Below are positions 17,934-27,778 of a DNA stretch of 64,000 nt, piece after piece. The position numbers and the translations under genes are program-made. Source of the DNA: Candidatus Latescibacterota bacterium (lineage in GTDB: Bacteria > Latescibacterota > UBA2968 > UBA8231); NCBI GenBank assembly GCA_965203175.1, contig OZ241867.1, positions 5,728,001 through 5,792,000 of the forward strand. Direction: 5' to 3'. The notes under the pieces were generated by a model, which worked only from the letters and a program-made list of their open reading frames with translations, ran no database searches and was not told the origin of the DNA. The number at the start of each line of letters is the position of its first letter. The first letter of the stretch is position 1.

Positions 17934-20384
17934 TCAAAAGTCCCGCAGCGCATCCGGCCACACCTCGGCCGCAATCGGCGGGCGCGGATGAGCAGCCGAA
18001 GGGGCTGCACCCCAATAGCGCGCGCCGATAAAGCTAAAGGCCGCATACCACAGCAGAGCGACCAAGAGCAGAGCACCCACCGCCCAGCGGCCCGCACTAG
18101 CCGGGCGAGTCACTTCCACGTCCGCAGAAGTCCGGCGGCTGCCCAAGAAGAGCGCCGTACCCACCGCCACATACGCAGCCGCGCCGACCGCGAGCGATGC
18201 GCTCGCTCCCCATTCCATACCCAAAGCCACGGCTCCGACCGATCCGAGCACCGAGAAGAAACCATTGACAGCCCACAGCCAAGGGACGATTCCGGCGCGT
18301 TGTGAACCACCCAAGCGCAGGCAGGAGGGAAAACAGGTGCCTAACAACATCCCGAGTGGCGCGACGAGAGCCAGAGTCAACCCGACGCGCGCAGCCAGCG
18401 GCCACGCCAACGCCCCAACGAGCGCACCATCGAGCAAGAACCCATAGAGATAACAGACAAGGCCGACAGCCACGCCAACCCACCCCAACCCCCGAGGGTG
18501 CGCAAGTGTGCGGCACCACCCACCTACGAGACTCCCGGCCCCCGTGCCCAGCAATAGCCCGAAGAGCGCGACTGCCAGCGTCAGGGTTGGATAGCCTAAG
18601 AACAGGCCAAAGCGCTGCAAGAGATGGATTTCGACCATCATAAAGCCCACGCCCAACCCAGCGGCGAACAACGCCCACAGCAGAGGCGGCAGCCCAGACG
18701 CGCTCCGCTGGCGCATACTCGGCGCACCAAGCGGCACCAACATCACCAGTGCGCACGCCAACAGCGCACCGACCAACAGCCGAGTTAGCTTGGAATCCAG
18801 CCCGCGAGTAGCGTCGTAAAAAAAAGGGCGGTCGTCAGTCGTCGGCGAAATATCGAGTGCAGATGCAGCGACAAAGTCCGCCAATGTAGTCCCGCGCAAC
18901 GCCGCCAGCGCAGGCCGTTCGCGTCTGCCGGGCGAGAAGTACGCATCTAAACCCAACTCCTCCATGACCGCGTGTAGTCGCGCCAATTGCTCGACCGTAT
19001 AGGGCTGCTGTTGCACCAGCAACAAGGGACGGTGCGCCTCTTGCCGCGCCGGGTCGCCGCGAGCACCGTTGACGACGACGAGATGGTCGAGGACCGCACT
19101 CGGCTCGTAGCCGCGCTCTTCCCACAAGGCACCTAAAGTGGCGACCACGCGCAACATCAGCGCGTGATTGTGAACTATGAGCGCCAGTCGTCCCCCCTCA
19201 GCGAGGTGATCGAGATAGGCGGCAAACGCCTCGCGAGTGAACAGGTAATTCTCGGAGAGCGCGTACCCCACCAAATCGGCCGCCTCAGCATACACCAAAG
19301 GCAGAGCAATTAGATCGTAGCGCGCACGCGAACGCTCCAAATAGTTGCGGCCATCGCCAATGTGCAACTCCACGCCCTCCAAGTCGTACAAACCGCCATT
19401 GTACTCTCCGTATGAGCGAACCAGCGCAGCGATCTCCGGGTTAATCTCTACAGCTTCGATATGCCGCCAGCCGGTCATCAGCGCGTAGAGCACGTCGGCA
19501 CCACCGCCCGGCCCAATAATCAGGGCGCGCTCGCGGCGCGAAAAGTAATAGGGGAAAAACGCGGCCTCGCGGCGCACAAAAAACAGCCGCCGGTAATCCC
19601 CGGAGAAGCGGAACATGTACGAGCCAGCCCCGCCGTCTACATACAGATTCAGGCCCGTGTCGCCCGTGCGATCGACTAAGTCAGTGCGCGCGTACGCGCT
19701 CCAGCGCGTGTCCTTCACTTCCCCACGATGGCGCTCCGCACCCAAGGCGCGGAACATCGGCTTGTCGCCGTCCTCAGCTAGGGCACTGAGATCAATGAGT
19801 TCGCGTTGTTGGAAACTGTAAACGACAAGCCCAGTCGCTAAAATAATTGGGCAGGTCCATATCCAGCGATTCAAAAAGAAAGCCGCGGCGGCCATAGCGA
19901 AGACGCTCGCGCCTAATAGGACACCGACGCCGCCCAGCCATTCGAGGGCCGGCACGACGTAGAGGATGCCCAGCGCTGCGCCGACCAAGTCCCAAAAGTA
20001 GAGAATTTGGCTTTGTTGATAACGCGCCCGAAAGGCGAAGGCAAGGAATGCGCCAGCGGCGATGAAGGGAAGGCCGGCTATGCCGACCAGCAGCAGTAGT
20101 GGCATGCGGGGAAATTGCGCTACGGCAAACGCACCGCAGATCATGCTGACGCCACAGCCGACCGCCCAATAGCCCAAGTGCCAGTGTAGCCGCTCTTCCC
20201 GCACGTGCAGCACTGCACTCAACGCGGCCCCAAGCCCCAAGCCGCACACCGCCCCTGAGACCACTAAGAACGTATAGTGATAGTGTTGCAAAAAAGAAAA
20301 CAGCCGGACGAGGCCGATTTCATAGCCAATGACGGCCGCGGCTATCAGCCCCACGCCGAGCTGCAGCCACCGCTCAGCGCTCAC
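17934..20384 (-). CDS. Membrane-embedded spermidine-synthase-like (class I SAM/dcSAM-dependent) protein
   Basis: GTG start (VSAERWLQ) overlapping the upstream stop. TM bundles flank IIGPGGGADV, VEINPE, GDGRNYL, ENYLFTREAF, TTDDRPFF; WLWAVNGFFSVLG. Confidence 0.85.
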   Translation of the reverse strand: MSAERWLQLGVGLIAAAVIGYEIGLVRLFSFLQHYHYTFLVVSGAVCGLGLGAALSAVLHVREERLHWHLGYWAVGCGVSMICGAFAVAQFPRMPLLLLVGIAGLPFIAAGAFLAFAFRARYQQSQILYFWDLVGAALGILYVVPALEWLGGVGVLLGASVFAMAAAAFFLNRWIWTCPIILATGLVVYSFQQRELIDLSALAEDGDKPMFRALGAERHRGEVKDTRWSAYARTDLVDRTGDTGLNLYVDGGAGSYMFRFSGDYRRLFFVRREAAFFPYYFSRRERALIIGPGGGADVLYALMTGWRHIEAVEINPEIAALVRSYGEYNGGLYDLEGVELHIGDGRNYLERSRARYDLIALPLVYAEAADLVGYALSENYLFTREAFAAYLDHLAEGGRLALIVHNHALMLRVVATLGALWEERGYEPSAVLDHLVVVNGARGDPARQEAHRPLLLVQQQPYTVEQLARLHAVMEELGLDAYFSPGRRERPALAALRGTTLADFVAASALDISPTTDDRPFFYDATRGLDSKLTRLLVGALLACALVMLVPLGAPSMRQRSASGLPPLLWALFAAGLGVGFMMVEIHLLQRFGLFLGYPTLTLAVALFGLLLGTGAGSLVGGWCRTLAHPRGLGWVGVAVGLVCYLYGFLLDGALVGALAWPLAARVGLTLALVAPLGMLLGTCFPSCLRLGGSQRAGIVPWLWAVNGFFSVLGSVGAVALGMEWGASASLAVGAAAYVAVGTALFLGSRRTSADVEVTRPASAGRWAVGALLLVALLWYAAFSFIGARYWGAAPSAAHPRPPIAAEVWPDALRDF

Positions 20385-23300
20385 CTTGGGCCTCGCGCTG
20401 ACGTAGCTTGGCGAGCATCTGCTGCGCCTTGCGGTGTTCGGGGTCGGCTTCGACCGCTTGGGCAAACGCCGCTGCGGCACGCGCCCCCTCGCCAGCCAAC
20501 AGGTACGCATTACCCAAGTTGTAATGGGCACGAGCGTAATCGGGATCGCGGCGCAACACCTCTTGGTACGCAGCAACGGCCAGCCCCAATGCCCGGCGGC
20601 GGAGGTAGATATTGCCCAAGTTGTTGCGGGCGTCGAGATGACCCGGTGCCACGGCTAAGGCCGCTTGGTACGCTTGGCTGGCGGCCTCGTAGCGACCAAT
20701 CCGCGCATAGACCACACCCAATTTGTAATACGCGTCCGCGTCGTTGGGGTTGAGCACCACGGCCGTTTTGTGGGCCAGCAATTTTTGGTGCTCCTGCTGC
20801 AACGAGTGGAAATAGTCGAGGAGCTTGCGGCCGCGCACGGTCGCGCCGCGCCGCAACAACGCCTGGCCCAAGTGATAGTACACTTCCTCGCGATCCGGAT
20901 CTGCCTTTAAGGCCCGCTGCAAAAGGGGTATGGCTTCGGCGTCCGCGCCCTCCTGCAAGAGCAGGATGCCCAACCGCCCCAAGAGCGCGGCGCTGTTCGG
21001 AGCGTGCTCCAGCCCCTGTTGCAAAGCGGCACAGGCCGCAGCCACATCCTCGCGCGCCATCCAGATCTGGGCCGCCAGCTCATGTGCTTCAGCGCGCGGG
21101 GGCTGCGCTTGTACCACGCTGGCGAGCTGCGCTAGCGCAGCTTCGTATTGCGCCTGGGCAAAGTAGATCCGCGCCAATTGCAGCATGAGTTCCACTTCTT
21201 CGGGCAGGGCCGCAAGACCTCGGTGCAAAACGTCTATGGCCGGGCCGTAATCAGTCTGCCGCGCGTGCAAGCCGGCCAAGTTGAAATAGGCTTGAAGGTA
21301 GCGCGGCGACAGCGCGATGGCGCGCTCGTAGAGCGGTACGGCTGCGGCCAAACGCTGTTGGCTCAGGTGGATGTTGCCTAGCACGTAGTGCGGCTCAGCT
21401 AGGGTACTGTCGAGTGCAATCGCTTGTCTCAGCGCGGCGACCGCTTGTCCTAGCGCCCCGCGGTCGGCGTAGAGCTTCCCCAAGCCCACGTAGGCTGGGG
21501 CCACGCCCGCGTCGAGTTGCAACGCACGGCGATAAGCCGCCTCCGCTTCGCCGTACGCGCGCTCGCGCGCAAGCGCGGCGGCTAGTGCGGTGTGGACGCT
21601 GGCTACTTCCGGCTGGACGCGGGCCGCAGTGCGCAACTCGGACAACGGGGTTGCGCGCGGCAGAGGAGCGCGTGTCTTTTCCGGCAAGACTAAGGGTGCT
21701 TCCCTCCAGAACTGCTCCAGATCCTCGGCATCGCGGCCTTGGGGCGCAGCCTGCGCGATAGCTGCATCAGCCGCTTCTTGTGGCGCACTCGCATCCGGCT
21801 CGACGACCCGCAGCACCTGACCGGCGCGCACGCCCTTTAACACTTGGCGAATGCCCGACGGCCACGCGATCTCCACCCGCTCGGCCTCCTCGCTCGACCC
21901 CAAGCCAAAAAACATCCGCGCGTCGTTTTGCGACAAATAGCTCGCTGCGCTGCGCTTTTCCGCCACCAGCGTCCGGCCGGCCACGTGCACCACCACGCGA
22001 GCGCCGTAGCCATCTCGATTGCTCGTCCGCCCCTCTAGCGCCAGCGCTAAGTAGTGCCCCGCTTGGGTGTCGTTGCGCCAGAGCAGAGCGCGTTGCCCAG
22101 TGTTGACCAAAAAAATATCTAAGTCCCCATCGTTGTCGTAATCGGCCACAGCCGAGCCACGGCCGACCAAATCCCGCGTCGGCGCGGCCACGCCAGTGCT
22201 CACACTCGCATCGGCAAAGCGACCTTGACCATCGTTGAGGTACAACTGATCGCTCTGGCCGTACGCGGCCTGTGGGTCAAACCGATTGATGTCTTCGTCG
22301 ATGTGGCCATTGGCCACGTAGAGATCGGGATCGCCGTCGTTGTCGGCGTCGAGGAAGTTGATGCCAAAGGCCAACTTGTCCAAGCTGTTGGCAGCTATAC
22401 CCGCGGCCAGTGATTCGTCGGCAAACATCCCGCCGCCCGCATTGTGGTACAGGGTGTTGCTCTCCCATTGGAAATTGGTCATTACCAAGTCGAGGCGACC
22501 ATCGCCATCGCCGTCGGCCACATCCACGCCCATTGTCCCTTCGGGCTTGCCTCCGGCATTGTACGCCACGCCAGCCACGAGCCCCACTTCGGTAAAGCGG
22601 CCGCCGTCGTTGCGCCAGAGAAAATTCGGCGTGGCGTCGTTGCCCTGAAACAGATCGGGATCGCCGTCGAAGTCGCAATCGACAAATACTGTGCCCAACT
22701 CGCGGCCTTCGCGCGTGAGCAGCCCAACCGCGTCTGTCACATCCACAAAGCGACCGCCGTCGTTGCGCCAGAGCGCGTTCCGCTCCCCCGGGTATTCGGT
22801 AGGAGCCAAGTGCCGCCGCGGCCAGCGCAGCGTTCCCCCCTCACTCAGCTCGCCGCGCTCAAATTCGTAGCGCAAGTAATTCGCCACGTACAGATCTAGA
22901 TCGCCGTCGAGATCGTAATCGGCAAACGACGATCCGGTTGACCAGCGTTCGTCCGCCCCAATCCCGACCGCAGCCGTCACATCCGCAAAGACCCAATCCA
23001 TCGCCGATCCTTCGTTGCGATAGAGCCGGTTGCGGCCAAAGTTGGTGACGAAGAGGTCGGCATCCCCGTCGTTGTCGTAGTCCCCGGCGGACGCGCCCAT
23101 GCCGTAACCCGCATCCGCCACCCCGAGGCTTGCGCCGATCTCGGCGAAGTACCCGCCGTCGTTGCGATACAGCGCGTTTTGCGGCGGCACCGCCGAGACA
23201 TACCCAGGCAAATCCGCCCCATTGACCACGTACAAATCCATCCACCCATCGCGATTGTAATCGAAAAACGCCGCTCCAGAACCAATCGTCTCCACCCCGT

Positions 23301-23457
23301 ATTTGCGCCCGGACCGGCCGCTGGTATGCACAAAATCGATTCCTGCTTCGGCGGTCGCATCGACAAAGCGCACAGTAGGCACAGCCGGTGGCTCGCTCGC
23401 AGTACAGCCGCATACTAAGGCGACGATGCACGTTGAAAGTCTGCTTGGAATAATCAT
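20374..23457 (-). CDS. FG-GAP/ASPIC-UnbV (CRTAC1-like) protein with C-terminal TPR array
   Basis: N-terminal Cys lipobox-like segment; FG-GAP repeats; NFQWESNTLY; ASPIC motif followed by many TPRs. Confidence 0.92.
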   Translation of the reverse strand: MIIPSRLSTCIVALVCGCTASEPPAVPTVRFVDATAEAGIDFVHTSGRSGRKYGVETIGSGAAFFDYNRDGWMDLYVVNGADLPGYVSAVPPQNALYRNDGGYFAEIGASLGVADAGYGMGASAGDYDNDGDADLFVTNFGRNRLYRNEGSAMDWVFADVTAAVGIGADERWSTGSSFADYDLDGDLDLYVANYLRYEFERGELSEGGTLRWPRRHLAPTEYPGERNALWRNDGGRFVDVTDAVGLLTREGRELGTVFVDCDFDGDPDLFQGNDATPNFLWRNDGGRFTEVGLVAGVAYNAGGKPEGTMGVDVADGDGDGRLDLVMTNFQWESNTLYHNAGGGMFADESLAAGIAANSLDKLAFGINFLDADNDGDPDLYVANGHIDEDINRFDPQAAYGQSDQLYLNDGQGRFADASVSTGVAAPTRDLVGRGSAVADYDNDGDLDIFLVNTGQRALLWRNDTQAGHYLALALEGRTSNRDGYGARVVVHVAGRTLVAEKRSAASYLSQNDARMFFGLGSSEEAERVEIAWPSGIRQVLKGVRAGQVLRVVEPDASAPQEAADAAIAQAAPQGRDAEDLEQFWREAPLVLPEKTRAPLPRATPLSELRTAARVQPEVASVHTALAAALARERAYGEAEAAYRRALQLDAGVAPAYVGLGKLYADRGALGQAVAALRQAIALDSTLAEPHYVLGNIHLSQQRLAAAVPLYERAIALSPRYLQAYFNLAGLHARQTDYGPAIDVLHRGLAALPEEVELMLQLARIYFAQAQYEAALAQLASVVQAQPPRAEAHELAAQIWMAREDVAAACAALQQGLEHAPNSAALLGRLGILLLQEGADAEAIPLLQRALKADPDREEVYYHLGQALLRRGATVRGRKLLDYFHSLQQEHQKLLAHKTAVVLNPNDADAYYKLGVVYARIGRYEAASQAYQAALAVAPGHLDARNNLGNIYLRRRALGLAVAAYQEVLRRDPDYARAHYNLGNAYLLAGEGARAAAAFAQAVEADPEHRKAQQMLAKLRQREAQGER

Positions 23458-23499
23458 TACTTTGATGCGTTTACAATAACCTAATTAGCATTTAGCAAA

Positions 23500-23528
23500 T
23501 TTACACGGCACTAAGGCGCTAATATATT
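23500..23528 (+). promoter_or_regulatory. Putative sigma70-type promoter in an AT-rich divergent intergenic region
   Basis: TTTACA-17 nt-TATATT upstream of AGGAGG and the 23566 start. Confidence 0.5.
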
Positions 23529-23565
23529 TATTGGAATAGATGAAAATTTCCACCAGGAGGCCTCT

Positions 23566-25191
23566 TTGCTGCGTCTTTTTCTTTTGTTGCTCACTGCTGT
23601 ACTCCTCGCCTGCACCTCCCCCGAACCTCCGCCCAGCCCAGATGTCCTCGCCCGCGTCGGCGACGTCACCATCACGCGCGACCGCGTCGAGCGCGCTGCT
23701 GCACGGCTTTTTCCCAAGAACGCCCAAGGCGACCTCCAGCGCCAAGCCCTTGAGCGACTCATCGACGTCGAGATCTTGCTGTTGGCCGCTCGTCAAAACG
23801 GCCTAGAAAACGACTTCCAGGTCAAAAGCAAGGTCGCGCAACGACAACAGGAACTCATCCTCGACGAAATGTACCGCCGCGGCGTGGTCGCTGTCGCCGA
23901 GGACATAAGCCGCGACGAGGCCCGCCAGTACTTTGAGCAGCACCGCATCGGCCAGCAGCGCCGCCTGAGCCGCATCCTCGCCAGCGGGCCAGCCGCTATC
24001 GACCAAGTACTCGCCCGGCTGCGCGGCCCCGACAGCTTTGCCACCGTGGCGAGCGAACTCTCCGACGACGGCAACACCGCCCAGCAAGGGGGAGACCTTG
24101 GCTGGAAGAGCCGCCTCGATTTCAAAAACTACGTTCTGCGCCGCCAGATATTCAGGGCCAAACCCGGCGAGATCATCGGTCCCGTGCAGGAGCCAGACGG
24201 CTTCTCGGTCTTCGTCGTCACCGACGAGCGCAAAGTGACCTTCGAGGAGATGGCCCCGGCCGTCATCAAAGCCATGCAGGAGCAGAAGCACGCCCTCGCC
24301 ACCTTTGAATTCCTCGAAGGACTAGCCAACCGCGCCGACATTACAGAACGACGTGAAACCTTAGAGCTGCTCTTGGCTCGGCTCAGCGAAGCTGGCGAAG
24401 AAATGCCCACGTTCAAAAAGGGAGAGACTCAGCTAGTGCTGCTCGAACTCGACGGCGAGCCGTGGACGCTGAGTAACTTTATGGCCGCCATGACCAGCGA
24501 GCGCAACCCGGCGGAGATCCGCGAATTGGATGACTTGCGCCGCTTCGCCCGTCGCCTCTATGCCCTCAAGGTTTTGTTGCCACGCCACGCCCGCGAAATA
24601 GGCATCCACGAGGCTGAGGGCGTCGCCAAGGGCATTGAAACCACGCGCCGCCAAGCCTTAGTCGAGCGCATCCGCCAAATCAGAGTACTCGAAACGCTCA
24701 AACCGTCCAAAGAGGAAATTCGCGCGTACTACGAGGCGCACAAGGACCTCTACGTGCGCGAAGAGCGGATCTCGATCCTCGAAATCCTCGTCGATACCCG
24801 AGTCCAAGCGGACTCGCTGTTGGCCGCCATCGAACGCGGCGGCGACCTCGGCGAGTTGGCCCGCCGCTACTCGCGGCGCAGCACCCGCATCCGCCGCGCT
24901 GAAGGGCGCATCCAGCTTTTGCGCCCCGACAAGTACGGCAATTTAGGTTGGGAAGCCAAAGACGCCGAGGTCGGCCAGATCGTCGGCCCGGTCAAAACCG
25001 CGCAGGGTTTTACGGTCTTCAAGGTGCTCAACAAGGTGCCCAGTCGCCAGCAGAGCTTGGACGAGGTCTGGGGCCGAGTGCGCTCCCACGTGCTTCAAGA
25101 CCTGACTCAAGAACGCTTCGATGCGTTGCTGGTCAAACTCAAGGATCAGTACGCCGACCAGATTCACATCTACGAGGACCGCCTGCATTGA
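23566..25191 (+). CDS. PpiC/SurA-like foldase lipoprotein with two parvulin domains
   Basis: Lipobox LLAC; FATVASELSDD..TAQQGGDLGW; GDLGELARRYS..GQIVGPVKTAQGFTVFKV. Confidence 0.88.
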   Translation: MLRLFLLLLTAVLLACTSPEPPPSPDVLARVGDVTITRDRVERAAARLFPKNAQGDLQRQALERLIDVEILLLAARQNGLENDFQVKSKVAQRQQELILDEMYRRGVVAVAEDISRDEARQYFEQHRIGQQRRLSRILASGPAAIDQVLARLRGPDSFATVASELSDDGNTAQQGGDLGWKSRLDFKNYVLRRQIFRAKPGEIIGPVQEPDGFSVFVVTDERKVTFEEMAPAVIKAMQEQKHALATFEFLEGLANRADITERRETLELLLARLSEAGEEMPTFKKGETQLVLLELDGEPWTLSNFMAAMTSERNPAEIRELDDLRRFARRLYALKVLLPRHAREIGIHEAEGVAKGIETTRRQALVERIRQIRVLETLKPSKEEIRAYYEAHKDLYVREERISILEILVDTRVQADSLLAAIERGGDLGELARRYSRRSTRIRRAEGRIQLLRPDKYGNLGWEAKDAEVGQIVGPVKTAQGFTVFKVLNKVPSRQQSLDEVWGRVRSHVLQDLTQERFDALLVKLKDQYADQIHIYEDRLH

Positions 25192-25268
25192 GAATTAGGA
25201 ATTAAGAATTGAGAATTGAGAATTAGGGCTGGGGCCGGGAATTCCTAATTCCTAATTCTTAATTCTCA
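25189..25268. repeat. Inverted array of 7-bp repeats (TRRGAAT) between convergent genes; probable bidirectional hairpin
   Basis: Left arm TGAGAAT TAGGAAT TAAGAAT TGAGAAT TGAGAAT; GC spacer; right arm reverse-complements to TGAGAAT TAAGAAT TAGGAAT TAGGAAT. Confidence 0.9.
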
Positions 25269-25742
25269 GTAAAGATCATCCTCGCCAAACCGCATCTTCC
25301 CTTTTGAAGCCTCCCCAAAGTACTGCTCCACCTTCTCCCGCGACCGAGGAAAGTACCGATTCAATTCTTCCACCACCTCTTGCACTTTTTCCGCATCCTC
25401 TCCCATATCCAGCAAAAGCCGCGCGTACAAAAAGAGTAGCTGCAAATTGCGCCGGTCCACTTCCATCGCCTTCTCCAGATGCGCCCGGGCCTCCTCCAAC
25501 CGTCCCTCGTCAGCTAGAGCCGTACCCATCAGCAGATTGGCTTCGGCTCCCTCTGGATACAGTTCCAGCAACACTCGCGCCAGCTCCTGCAAGGACGTGC
25601 CTTTGAGCTGAGGTTGCCCCCGTGCGTGCGTGCGTTCCAAAAGGTGCCCGTACTCAGTCGTACGCTGCCGTTCAAAAAAGGCTAGCCCGGCACCGATGAT
25701 CGCGACAGCCAAGAGCAATTTGAGCGAGCGCAAGTATCGCAT
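25266..25742 (-). CDS. Small membrane-anchored TPR protein
   Basis: N-terminal TM segment; ANLLMGTALADEGRLEEARAHLEKAMEVD TPR. Confidence 0.75.
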   Translation of the reverse strand: MRYLRSLKLLLAVAIIGAGLAFFERQRTTEYGHLLERTHARGQPQLKGTSLQELARVLLELYPEGAEANLLMGTALADEGRLEEARAHLEKAMEVDRRNLQLLFLYARLLLDMGEDAEKVQEVVEELNRYFPRSREKVEQYFGEASKGKMRFGEDDLY

Positions 25743-25772
25743 TTGGATTTCCTTTTCGTGCCCTTTAGAACC

Positions 25773-27683
25773 TCAGAATACGAAAATCATATTGCCCTCT
25801 ACCCCGAATGCTCCGTCGATAAAGACCCAGAGTGCAGAAGCGGAGAACTCGCCCAGCGCTAGGCCCAAAAAGAAGGGTCTCATCGTCCGATAGAGCCGCA
25901 CCCCACCGTAGCGCAGGATCGCCGCCTTGCACAACCAAGCCAGCAGGATAGACAACCAGCCGAAGGTGATGATCGGGTGGGTGTTGGACACTGGGAAACC
26001 GATGGGGTGCAAGGGCCAGGCCAAAAAGCGCTGGCGCAGGTACAGTAGCGCGCCCATGACGCCAGCCCCTAGGGTAATAAAGGTCAGCCTCGGTGCAAAA
26101 CTCGCCTCGGGCGCATTGGCCAGTGAAGCCATGTGATTGAAGGGCCAGCGCACCACGCCGCGAAAGTACCAGCCGTGCAGATTAATACCGCCGTGAGTGT
26201 AGGCCAAGCTCATGGTGTACCAGATCGAACCGGCTAGGGCTATCATTAGAGCGATCAGCAGCGCCCAAGGCAGGTGGCGTAGGTGCCGCTCTTGGCCAGA
26301 GCTCAGGCGCAAGCTATGCATCACTGAATTCATCATATTGGCCGCAGTATCTCCCAACCACACCGTACTCAACCCCAAGCCGGTCATGTTCTGCAGGCCC
26401 AGCACTTGAGGACCAAAGCCGCGGATCATAAAAGCTTGGGGTACCATCGGTGTCTGGATACTGGGCAGACCAGCCTCGCAGGTTATACGCGCTAGGCCGA
26501 TAAACACAACTAAGGCACCAACGACTAGCAGGATGGCTACATACACATCGAGCCCCGTGCTTATGAGCCAAACCGACATGAAGAGTACCCCCCCTGCGAA
26601 ACCGCACACTGCCGCTCGCGGGCCGAGCAATTCCCGGCGGGTCGATTCCTCGCGGCCTAAGGCTTGACGCCAAAAACTGCCCAGATGCTGGCGCGCATTC
26701 CACAATACAAATACAACCAGCACTAACATAGCGCCCGACATCTGCAGTGAAAGGGGCGGGCTTGCTCCACCGGAAGTCCACATATCCCCGCCGCTGAGCT
26801 GTACGCCGATGCGAGCAAAGGCGCTTTGTTCGAGCAGCCCCACCAGGCAGAAGAACCACAGGCTGAAGGAGACGCCCAGCGGCATGAGGTAAGACAAACC
26901 GAGCACGGGAAAATTGAGCAGGAAAGGCACGCTCATCCGACCGTCGAGCAAGGGTATCCTGCCTTTTACGGCGAGCGGCTGAAAGGCGTCGTGGTAGTTG
27001 TGCAACGAATTCCACGAGTGCAACAATAGAGGTAGCAAAATCCCCAGCCACAGCAAGCGGCTTTTGAAGAAGCGACCGACGCGCCGTTCTGCGCTCTCGG
27101 CATCCTCGATCATTGCCAGGGGTAACTGGGTCAGCGGAAAGACCAGTCGCTCCCGGTCTATCCACTGGCCGCGCAGCATAATGCCTAGACAGAACATAAC
27201 CACCGAAAAGGCTATCATAAAAGAAGTCCACGCCGCCAGTGATATGATCCAAGCGGACCAGGGAATCGGAGCGCCTGGAGGCAGCCCCTCGAAAAACAAG
27301 TGTACTGCTTGGGGGTCTTGGGGAGTGACCCAAGGATCGAGGTGGGGAATAAAAAGATTGGCCCAATTGTTTTCGGGCGTGGCGTAGTAGTAGATCCCGG
27401 AAATGATGGACATGAAACCGCCAGTAAAGCCGGTAGTGACCACGGCTCCGGCTACCAGCATCATGGCGTAAATGAGGATCAGATCGGCGCGGGTGAAAGC
27501 GAGATGGCGGCTCAGGGATTTGAGCAGGGGCGAGACCAGTGCTGTCAGCACAAAGAAGAACAGCACGGCGATGACGGGGATGGCATTGCCGGTCAGGAGC
27601 GAACCTTTGACGATGAGCACGGCCCACGGGCTTATCAGGCTTATAGCCGCGACCAGCACCACACCGATCAAGAGGGCGCGCAT
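25773..27683 (-). CDS. DUF6785/DUF6784-type polytopic membrane protein (putative transporter)
   Basis: YYATPENNW, QWIDRERLVFPL, ARITCEAG, WPLHPIGF, YGGVRLYR..RPFFLGL; paralogous to 53924-55834. Confidence 0.85.
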   Translation of the reverse strand: MRALLIGVVLVAAISLISPWAVLIVKGSLLTGNAIPVIAVLFFFVLTALVSPLLKSLSRHLAFTRADLILIYAMMLVAGAVVTTGFTGGFMSIISGIYYYATPENNWANLFIPHLDPWVTPQDPQAVHLFFEGLPPGAPIPWSAWIISLAAWTSFMIAFSVVMFCLGIMLRGQWIDRERLVFPLTQLPLAMIEDAESAERRVGRFFKSRLLWLGILLPLLLHSWNSLHNYHDAFQPLAVKGRIPLLDGRMSVPFLLNFPVLGLSYLMPLGVSFSLWFFCLVGLLEQSAFARIGVQLSGGDMWTSGGASPPLSLQMSGAMLVLVVFVLWNARQHLGSFWRQALGREESTRRELLGPRAAVCGFAGGVLFMSVWLISTGLDVYVAILLVVGALVVFIGLARITCEAGLPSIQTPMVPQAFMIRGFGPQVLGLQNMTGLGLSTVWLGDTAANMMNSVMHSLRLSSGQERHLRHLPWALLIALMIALAGSIWYTMSLAYTHGGINLHGWYFRGVVRWPFNHMASLANAPEASFAPRLTFITLGAGVMGALLYLRQRFLAWPLHPIGFPVSNTHPIITFGWLSILLAWLCKAAILRYGGVRLYRTMRPFFLGLALGEFSASALWVFIDGAFGVEGNMIFVF

Positions 27684-27711
27684 TCGGCTTGCTCCTCACA
27701 CCCCGTCGCAA

Positions 27712-27753
27712 CCAAAGAAGGGAGGGCAGGTACTCCCCGCCCTCCCTTCTTGG
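27712..27753 (-). terminator. Strong hairpin downstream of the 27779-28696 gene
   Basis: AAGAAGGGAGGGC...GCCCTCCCTTCTT inverted repeat. Confidence 0.7.
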
Positions 27754-27778
27754 CACAAAAGAAAAACGACCTAATGGC

